A DNA stretch of 32,605 nucleotides from Candidatus Thorarchaeota archaeon (GTDB lineage Archaea; Asgardarchaeota; Thorarchaeia; Thorarchaeales; Thorarchaeaceae), in the NCBI GenBank assembly GCA_048882485.1, contig JBHLRP010000036.1:1-32605 (forward strand), given 5' to 3'. This document shows, piece by piece, positions 26,252 to 32,605 of this stretch (positions are counted from its first letter, which is position 1; the number at the start of each line of letters is the position of its first letter). Under the pieces are notes generated by a model. The model was not told where the DNA came from. It was given only the letters and a program-made list of their open reading frames with translations, and did no database searches. The position numbers and the translations under genes were made by a program.

Positions 26252-27553
26252 CTAATTGATACGAAGGTACTTCGATACCTCCCAGGGCGTTACTTCAGAT
26301 ACACCTGGGTCTCCAGTCGCCTCAACATACTCCGTCCATTCCGCAGCTCTCATTTTGACAATCGTATCAACTAGGCTTCTCCCCAAAGCATCTACAATGA
26401 CCTCATCGCATTGAAGCATCTCGAGTGCATCGCCAAGACTGCCGGGGAGGGACTTGGTCTCTGTTGCAGTCTTGTATAGATTCTCGCCTGTTGGTTCTGG
26501 AGGAGTCAGCCTTCTCTTTATTCCATCCAGCCCGGCCGCGAAAGTTGCTGCAACAGCCAAGTGGGAATTACATAATGGATCTGGACATCTAAATTCAATT
26601 CTAGCCTTCACATCAGATCCATTGTATTGTGGAACTCTAATCATGGTGGACCTGTTTCTGGGGCCCCATGCAATCTTTGTTGGTGCTTCATACCCGGGAG
26701 TTAGCCTCTTGAATGAGTTCACCGTGGGGGCAACTATCGCGGCAAGTGCTTCAGCGTGTTCAAGGAGTCCGGCTACGTAGCTTCCTGCCAAATCAGATAC
26801 CTCTCCCGACTTCCCACTGGAGAATAGGTTTGTTCCTTCATCAACGCTCCATAGACTCTGATGAAGGTGCATCCCGCTTCCATTCATACCACTGAATGGC
26901 TTTGCCATGAATGTCGCAATTGCTCCAATTTTATCAGCCATCTCTGCAATCAGAAGCCTGGCTAGCATTATGTCATCGGCTGCATTAATAGCGCTGCTGA
27001 ACCTGAGTCCTACTTCATGCTGCCCTGCAGCCACTTCATGGTGATGAGTTGTTGTAGATATGCCGATAGACCCCAGCGATTTCGCAACTCGCCTTCTAAA
27101 ATGCAAACCTCCATCAGTGGGAAGGGTTGAGAAGTAGCCGCCTCCATCCCCGGGCACTAAAGTGCCAAGCCCATTTTCCTTGACTAGGAAGAACTCGAGT
27201 TCTGAACCGACTCTCAACTCAAATCCTGCTTCTCTAGCGGAACCAGTAATTCTAGCCAGCACCCCAGATGGGTCTCTTGGGTGGGGGTCTCCGGACGCTT
27301 CGAAGACCCCGCAAACCAAGACCGCGACATCTTTTTCCCAAGGAAGGAGGACAGGACGAGATGAGCGGGGTTTCAATAGGAGATCAGAGCTATTGACCGA
27401 CGCGTATCCAGGAACTGAGGAGCCGTCGAAGTAAACGCCATTCTTCATGACGTCATCGTAGTCCTCGAATGCAATTTCGATGCTCTTTGTAGCTCCCAAG
27501 ACTGTACTGAACAACAGCCTCAGGAAGTCTGGTCGGTCGTTTGTTTCTCGCAT
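26252..27553 (-). CDS. glnA: Glutamine synthetase type I
   Basis: Motifs FDGSS, ELEFFL, HHEVAAGQHE, FMAKPFSGMNGSGMHLHQSL, KRLTPGYEAP, NRSTMIRVP and RIEFRCPD. The true start is ATG at 27553; the longer ORF is antisense to the Lrp gene. Confidence 0.92.
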   Translation of the reverse strand: MRETNDRPDFLRLLFSTVLGATKSIEIAFEDYDDVMKNGVYFDGSSVPGYASVNSSDLLLKPRSSRPVLLPWEKDVAVLVCGVFEASGDPHPRDPSGVLARITGSAREAGFELRVGSELEFFLVKENGLGTLVPGDGGGYFSTLPTDGGLHFRRRVAKSLGSIGISTTTHHHEVAAGQHEVGLRFSSAINAADDIMLARLLIAEMADKIGAIATFMAKPFSGMNGSGMHLHQSLWSVDEGTNLFSSGKSGEVSDLAGSYVAGLLEHAEALAAIVAPTVNSFKRLTPGYEAPTKIAWGPRNRSTMIRVPQYNGSDVKARIEFRCPDPLCNSHLAVAATFAAGLDGIKRRLTPPEPTGENLYKTATETKSLPGSLGDALEMLQCDEVIVDALGRSLVDTIVKMRAAEWTEYVEATGDPGVSEVTPWEVSKYLRIN

Positions 27554-27686
27554 TTTAGCTTTAGAACCAAAGCTAAGTATAAGGATTTCCGGCGAAAAAC
27601 AGAAAGTATTTCTACTATCTTCTATAAAATCCCGACTATCCGAAGAACTTGCGGAATTGATGTGCATGTTCGAAGAAGTTACGGAA
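27554..27686. promoter_or_regulatory. Divergent glnA/lrp promoter region with an 18-bp direct repeat
   Basis: TATAAAA at 27623-27629 on the plus strand; TTATA about 25 nt upstream of the glnA ATG on the minus strand; repeats at 27639-27656 and 27669-27686 (15/18 identical). Confidence 0.45.
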
Positions 27687-28169
27687 AAGATTGATGAAAC
27701 CGATGTGAAAATCCTCGAGCTTCTGCAACAAGATGGCCGGATGAGTGTGTCAGACATTTCCAAGAAAGTTGGAAAGGGGATCTCTACAGTGCATGCACGT
27801 ATTGGGAATCTAAGGAAGAGAGGAATCATTGACCAGTTCACAGCGGTCCTGAATCCTGCGAAACTTGGTCGTCCAACCTTGGCTCTCATACTCATTACTA
27901 TCCGTTATAGAGTTCCAGGAAGTAGAAAGGTCATATCCCAGCGCGAGTTCTGTGAAGAAATAGCCCAACATCCATTCGTTCAGGAGGTTCATGTTCTTAG
28001 TGGAGAGTTTGATGTACTCCTAAAGGTAAGAGCCAGGGATGTTCAGGAGATGAACAGCTTCATTGTTGACTCGCTTCGTGAGATGCCTGCAGTTGATCGA
28101 ACACTTACCATGTTCGCCATGGACACCTATCTTGATACCCTGATACTTAGAAACATCCAGAAAAGGTGA
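27666..28169 (+). CDS. Lrp/AsnC family transcriptional regulator
   Basis: HTH region IDETDVKILELLQQDGRMSVSDI and STVHARIGNL, and RAM domain EVHVLSGEFDVLLKV. The start is at 27660 or 27666. Confidence 0.93.
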   Translation: MFEEVTEKIDETDVKILELLQQDGRMSVSDISKKVGKGISTVHARIGNLRKRGIIDQFTAVLNPAKLGRPTLALILITIRYRVPGSRKVISQREFCEEIAQHPFVQEVHVLSGEFDVLLKVRARDVQEMNSFIVDSLREMPAVDRTLTMFAMDTYLDTLILRNIQKR

Positions 28170-28312
28170 ATGTACAGTAATGGGGAATGATGTACAGAGA
28201 TGGGCAGCTTTAAATAGAGAAGTTGCACGCAATGGATAACCCTTTCCAAGGTTGTGAAACGATGAGCGTGCGTTATTGCCAATGGATCACGGGCCGAGAG
28301 AGGCCCACCTAG
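28170..28312 (+). promoter_or_regulatory. Paired TGTACA boxes, TATA box and a 16-codon Trp-containing uORF upstream of trpB2
   Basis: TGTACA at 28171 and 28191; TTTAAATA at 28209-28216; uORF 28262-28312 encoding MSVRYCQWITGRERPT. Confidence 0.4.
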
Positions 28313-28462
28313 CAATTATTCCATATATCGCACACTCAACGCCAGCACCGACTTGTTTTCCTGGAATGGTTGACCCGCAGTCTTTCAGACTGTGTCAGCT
28401 GCTTCCTCCTTCATGTCAGAGGAGAGGGCCTATTGATATAATCCACTATGGAGAGATCAGAA

Positions 28463-29818
28463 TTGACTAGAAATGTAAGTAGAATCCTGTTGGACCTAGA
28501 TGAAGTACCAACGCATTACGTCAACATTCTGCCTCACCTCAAAGAGCCACTGGCCCCTCCTCTGAATCCAGGCACAGGAGAACCAATCGGTCCTGAAGCA
28601 TTGATGGCTATCTTTGCTGTTGAGTGTGTGAAGCAAGAAGTGACGATGGAAAGAACAGTGCCGATACCTGATGAAGTCCGGGAGGCCTACATGATGTACG
28701 GTCGTCCCACTCCGCTTCAAAGAGCAGTTGGTCTTGAGGCCGCCCTCAACACCCCGGCGCGTATCTATTACAAACGTGAGGATGTGTCGCCTACCGGTAG
28801 CCACAAGCTCAACACTGCGCTAGCACAAGCATACTATGCCCGAAACGAGGGTGTTGCCAGATATGCTACTGAGACCGGTGCCGGGCAATGGGGAAGTGCG
28901 GTATCTCTTTCGTGCGCTCACTTCGGGCTTAAGGCAATGGTCTACATGGTGAGAGTAAGCCTAGAACAGAAGGGTTATCGTGGTACCCTTATGCGGTCCT
29001 ACGGTGCTGAGATAGTTCCAAGCCCATCTGACAAAACCGAATTTGGCAGGAAAATCAAGTCGGAGAGACCTGACCATCCTGGAACACTAGGCATTGCGAT
29101 TAGTGAGGCACTTGAAGATGCTGTGACCAATGATGACACGAAGTACACGATAGGATCTGTTCTAAACCATGTCCTGCTTCATCAATCAGTCATTGGGCAA
29201 GAAGCAATCATTCAACTTGAGAAAGATGATCAGACACCCGATGCTATCATTGGTTGTGTGGGAGGCGGCAGCAACTTTGCTGGTATAGCTTATCCTTTCA
29301 TTGCTGACGGTCGATTTGAGTCAACAGAGTTCATAGGCGTCGAGCCAACTGCATGTCCTTCCATGACAAAGGGCGAATACAAGTATGACTTTGGTGATAC
29401 TGCAGGAATGACCCCCATGGTCAAGATGCACAGCTTGGGAAAAGACTTCACCCCACCCCCCATTCATGCTGGTGGGCTCAGGTATCATGGAGTGGCGCCC
29501 TCTATTAGTGCACTTCTCATTGAGGGACGGATTCGTGCAATCGCTTATGACCAGATTCCCGTTCTAGAATCTGCACTTGTCTTTGCGAAGGCAGAGGGCG
29601 TCGTCCCAGCACCAGAGTCTGCACATGCCATAAAGGCTGCAATAGATGCTGCTCGTGAAGCCAAGAAATCTGGCAAAGAAAGTGTCATTGTGTTCAATCT
29701 TTCTGGACATGGATTCTTCGACATGGGGGCCTATGCTGCCTTGATGGATGGCACACTCGCACCTAATGGCATTCCGTCAATAGCGGAAACTAAATCTTCA
29801 GAAGAACAAGCAGCTTGA
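28463..29818 (+). CDS. trpB2: TrpB2-type tryptophan synthase beta-like PLP enzyme (stand-alone)
   Basis: N-terminal extension (VPTHYVNILP) and motifs RPTPLQRA, SPTGSHKLN (PLP Lys), ETGAGQWG, GSVLNHVLLHQ, CVGGGSN, IHAGGLRYHG and NLSGHG. The start is TTG at 28463 or ATG at 28448. Confidence 0.95.
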   Translation: MTRNVSRILLDLDEVPTHYVNILPHLKEPLAPPLNPGTGEPIGPEALMAIFAVECVKQEVTMERTVPIPDEVREAYMMYGRPTPLQRAVGLEAALNTPARIYYKREDVSPTGSHKLNTALAQAYYARNEGVARYATETGAGQWGSAVSLSCAHFGLKAMVYMVRVSLEQKGYRGTLMRSYGAEIVPSPSDKTEFGRKIKSERPDHPGTLGIAISEALEDAVTNDDTKYTIGSVLNHVLLHQSVIGQEAIIQLEKDDQTPDAIIGCVGGGSNFAGIAYPFIADGRFESTEFIGVEPTACPSMTKGEYKYDFGDTAGMTPMVKMHSLGKDFTPPPIHAGGLRYHGVAPSISALLIEGRIRAIAYDQIPVLESALVFAKAEGVVPAPESAHAIKAAIDAAREAKKSGKESVIVFNLSGHGFFDMGAYAALMDGTLAPNGIPSIAETKSSEEQAA

Positions 29819-29833
29819 TTCTTCACTCCTCTC

Positions 29834-29875
29834 GGGTCTTCCTCGGAATGTAGCTTGCATTCCGGGGTGAGACCT
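29834..29875 (+). terminator. Long 3' hairpin after trpB2, between convergent genes
   Basis: GGUCUU-CCUCGGAAUGUA-GCU-UGCAUUCCGGGG-U-GAGACC forms about 18 bp with one bulge. Its G-U pairs work only on the plus strand. Confidence 0.55.
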
Positions 29876-30371
29876 ATTCTGCTCTTTTCTCTTCCGCCAT
29901 TCTTATGGCAGCAGAAACTCTTGAAATCAGCTGAGGAAAAGTTGGTGTCGTTCCTACGAATGAAAGCCTATTGTTTATGGAGATAATCGGCGCGGTCGAC
30001 CCAATGAACATTGTGAACTTCTGATGGTCCAGTACTGTGTTGTCACCACTACCTCTCAGCGCTGCATTCAGCCAGCTCCGTGCTTCCTCGGAGTCCTCCG
30101 TTGTATCATACTTGGCATATCTAAGACAGACGCTCACGCCGAACTTCTCTTTGACCTTCTGCAGCATTTCTGTGATTTTGTCAGTTGGGTCCTTGGGAGC
30201 CAATGAGATGACCACAGTATCATCATCCATAGTTTCTCCAGGAGCAGGCACAGGAGTAGTCGAATCACCGCACGCATCCTCCTCCATCACCGGATCCTCT
30301 TCGACTACACCTATCCCCGGAATAGGCGGAAATACCGTTATCATAACTTCGTCTAGGCACTCCTCTTTCAT
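29874..30371 (-). CDS. Hypothetical protein with a thioredoxin-like C-terminus and an acidic low-complexity insert
   Basis: APIISINNRLSFVGTTP resembles the cis-Pro/beta-hairpin end of thioredoxin or ArsD-like folds. There is no CxxC. Confidence 0.6.
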   Translation of the reverse strand: MKEECLDEVMITVFPPIPGIGVVEEDPVMEEDACGDSTTPVPAPGETMDDDTVVISLAPKDPTDKITEMLQKVKEKFGVSVCLRYAKYDTTEDSEEARSWLNAALRGSGDNTVLDHQKFTMFIGSTAPIISINNRLSFVGTTPTFPQLISRVSAAIRMAEEKRAE

Positions 30372-30428
30372 AGCCGTGGCAACACTGGGATTTGATTTAT
30401 CTGTATTGATACCGCTAGAACAGGTAGT

Positions 30429-30863
30429 ATGAATGACGCTTCGGTTCCCACTCCTGAAGATGTCCTCAATAGTGAGTCTTCTGTGTATCTAGCAACCAAT
30501 GAGGCTGGCTCGCCACGTGTCAGACCAGTCACACTTGTGAAGACAGGCGCTTCTCTCTATGTGTTGACTGGTACCAATTCCAAGAAGATCAAACAAATCC
30601 TTAGCAACAATAGAGTTGAAGTCTTGAGAATGGTAGAACATGGCGACAATCGCGGTTATCTAAGAATAGCCGGCGAGGCTCACATTGTTGAGGATGCTGC
30701 AACAAAGAAGAAGGTGGCCGATGCGACCAGCTATTTCCTGAAATACTGGTCTGGTGTTGATGACCCGAATTATGCACTCATTCATATTGAGCCCAAGAAG
30801 GTTGCTTACATGGCCCCTCGAGATTTGGAGGAGTCTGCTATCGATAATCTACCGTTGGAATGA
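30429..30863 (+). CDS. Pyridoxamine 5'-phosphate oxidase-like FMN-binding split-barrel protein
   Basis: Motifs YLATNEAGSPRVRPV, SKKIKQILSNNRVE, LRIAGEA and DDPNYALI. Confidence 0.88.
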   Translation: MNDASVPTPEDVLNSESSVYLATNEAGSPRVRPVTLVKTGASLYVLTGTNSKKIKQILSNNRVEVLRMVEHGDNRGYLRIAGEAHIVEDAATKKKVADATSYFLKYWSGVDDPNYALIHIEPKKVAYMAPRDLEESAIDNLPLE

Positions 30864-30890
30864 GAATTGGAGGTCTGAGGTGGAATAATC

Positions 30891-32605
30891 ATGCTCGAGC
30901 GGGATGCGAATCGTCCTCGATTTACAGACGAGGAAGCACTGAAGATTGCTGAGAGTAAATTTGGAGTTAAAGGAACCATAAGGGAGCTTCCAAGTGAACG
31001 TGATTTGAACTTCTATATTCGAACAGATCTTGGCGACGAGTATGTCTTAAAAATCGCCGCCCAATCCGAGAAGGAAGAAATCTTGGATATGCAGAATCGA
31101 GCCATGCAGCACCTGGCAGACAAGCTTGTTCCATTCAATGTACCTCGTTTTGTCTTATCAAGGGACGGCGAAGAGATTCTTACCGCAAAAGATTCAAAGA
31201 GAAACAAGCACTTCGTCAGACTTCTTCGATATCTGCCGGGAACAAGGTTTGCCGAGCTAAAGCCACATTCCCCTGGTCTTCTCACCAAATTCGGAGAATT
31301 CGTGGGAGCAATGACCTGCGGTTTAGAAGGCTTCTATCATCCTGCGACGAAGCGGATGTTCTATTGGGATCTAAAACTAGCTAGTTCTGTGATAGAGAAG
31401 TACAAGGAATATGTCAAGGACTCAGAGAAGGCTGAAGCCATAGAATATGTTATGTCAATCTATGACAAGCATGTAGTTCCGCGAATGCCTGATCTAAGAG
31501 CAAGCGTTGTGCACAATGATGCAAATGACCATAATGTTCTGGTTTCAAACCCCTATCCGCTTGAGGAGGCTCGGTTTGGCATTCTGGACTTTGGTGATAT
31601 GGTGCTGACACATACTGTCAATGAGCTTGCCGTGGCAATCGCATATGCCATCCTAGGGAAGGCTGATCCAATTGGAGCTGCATCCCATGTTGTAAAAGGA
31701 TATCATTCCAAGTATCCCTTAACCGAGATTGAGATAGAACTTCTCTTCCCTCTAATTTTGGCTCGACTCGCCACAAGCATCGCAATTGCAGGTTATCAGT
31801 CACAACTTGAGCCTGACAACAAATATCTCCTCATAAGCCAGAAGGAAGTCTGGGATCTCTTACGGCGTTTAATGGAAGTTCATCATAGATTCGCAGCATA
31901 TGTTTTCCGATATGCGTGTGGACTTACTCCATGTCCCAAGAGTGAAAGAGCTGTAGAGTGGCTGAGAGAGAATGCAAGAGATATCGGACCGTTGATTGAG
32001 TTTGATATCCGAAAAGCCCCCTTCACTGTGGTGGACCTCAGCGTTGGCAGTCCTGATATTGAAACGATATCAGACTTGACTGACATCGACAAGCTTTCAG
32101 CCATCATGACAAAAGGAATAGGTGATGGAGAGGCCAAATATGGCATAGCGAGATACAATGAGGCCAGACTAATCTATGCTGGCGAGCAGTATCTAGAGCC
32201 TGCTGGGGAGTTAAGGACCATTCATATTGCTACTGACCTGATAATGGAGCCTGGAACACAGATTCTAGCTCCTCTAGACGGTAAGGTACATAGTCTAAAG
32301 AATAACAATTTGCCTCTAGACAATGGGCCTACAATAATTCTTGAGCACAACGTCGGTTTTACTGATGATAAGTTCTACACGCTTTATGCCCATCTTACCA
32401 CGGGGTCACTTGTTGGCCTTAATGAAGGTGACGAAATAAAGAAGGGGCAAGTGATTGCTAATGTGGGACCGTATCCGGAGAACGGGGGATGGCCGCCTCA
32501 TCTGCATTTTCAACTCATAGTAGACATGTTAGATAGAAAAGGGGATTTCTTCGGTGTTGCTCCTGCAAGCATGAGAGATGTGTGGCTGAGCATTTGTCCT
32601 GATCC
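30891..32605 (+). CDS. Aminoglycoside-phosphotransferase/hydroxylysine-kinase-like domain fused to an M23-like domain (3'-truncated; probably continues into a class III aminotransferase/phospho-lyase domain)
   Basis: Absent from the ORF track because it has no stop in the window. ATG at 30891 follows GAGGTGG. The frame is open to the end and contains LPSERDLNF, YVLKI, HNDANDHN (31512), DFGD (31587), HIATD (32223), LYAHL and NGGWPPHLHFQ (32499). Confidence 0.9.
   Translation, partial: MLERDANRPRFTDEEALKIAESKFGVKGTIRELPSERDLNFYIRTDLGDEYVLKIAAQSEKEEILDMQNRAMQHLADKLVPFNVPRFVLSRDGEEILTAKDSKRNKHFVRLLRYLPGTRFAELKPHSPGLLTKFGEFVGAMTCGLEGFYHPATKRMFYWDLKLASSVIEKYKEYVKDSEKAEAIEYVMSIYDKHVVPRMPDLRASVVHNDANDHNVLVSNPYPLEEARFGILDFGDMVLTHTVNELAVAIAYAILGKADPIGAASHVVKGYHSKYPLTEIEIELLFPLILARLATSIAIAGYQSQLEPDNKYLLISQKEVWDLLRRLMEVHHRFAAYVFRYACGLTPCPKSERAVEWLRENARDIGPLIEFDIRKAPFTVVDLSVGSPDIETISDLTDIDKLSAIMTKGIGDGEAKYGIARYNEARLIYAGEQYLEPAGELRTIHIATDLIMEPGTQILAPLDGKVHSLKNNNLPLDNGPTIILEHNVGFTDDKFYTLYAHLTTGSLVGLNEGDEIKKGQVIANVGPYPENGGWPPHLHFQLIVDMLDRKGDFFGVAPASMRDVWLSICPD

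Noticed and set aside
27554-27895. 114-aa N-terminal extension of glnA in the ORF track, and the reciprocal extension of lrp from 27480
   Set aside because: These are antisense shadows of the two divergent genes. GS homology starts at ATG 27553 and Lrp homology near 27666, with TATA-like elements between them.
1-32605. CRISPR arrays, tRNA/rRNA genes, transposases, integrases or defence systems
   Set aside because: None was recognised. Intergenic gaps are all under about 300 bp and lack the required patterns.

Overview
This is a gene-dense archaeal window of roughly 45-50% GC by eye, with many TTG/GTG starts and GGTGA/GGAGG ribosome-binding sites. It most likely comes from an Asgard archaeon (Thorarchaeota-like); this is inferred from a longin-like protein, methanofuran genes and the overall gene style. 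No rRNA, tRNA, CRISPR array or mobile element was recognised. In order, the window holds: a 5'-truncated longin-like protein; a membrane protein; a LeuD/LeuC/LeuB-family trio with a small Cys4 protein, divergent from an FAH-family hydrolase; a GH36 alpha-galactosidase; TPR and membrane proteins; a PHP phosphatase; an MFS transporter; a methanofuran biosynthesis cluster (HisA/F-related, mfnD, mfnF, mfnE, mfnB); a membrane-anchored subtilase with a site-1-protease-like architecture, divergent from an atypical P-type ATPase; panB; DUF1858; a DHPS-like MBL-fold protein; SCP2; glnA and a divergent Lrp regulator; trpB2; and a 3'-truncated kinase-M23 fusion that the ORF track missed. Four signals stand out. 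(1) The P2-scaffold ATPase has lost its canonical cation site: PEGL is replaced by PINI, recalling the PISL of eukaryotic P4 flippases, and the M6 Asp is replaced by His. (2) The protease resembles S1P/SKI-1. (3) A strand-specific multi-hairpin RNA element lies upstream of mfnB. (4) Paired TGTACA (TRP-box-like) sites and a Trp-containing uORF lie upstream of trpB2. All family calls come from motif recognition by eye; no database search was run.
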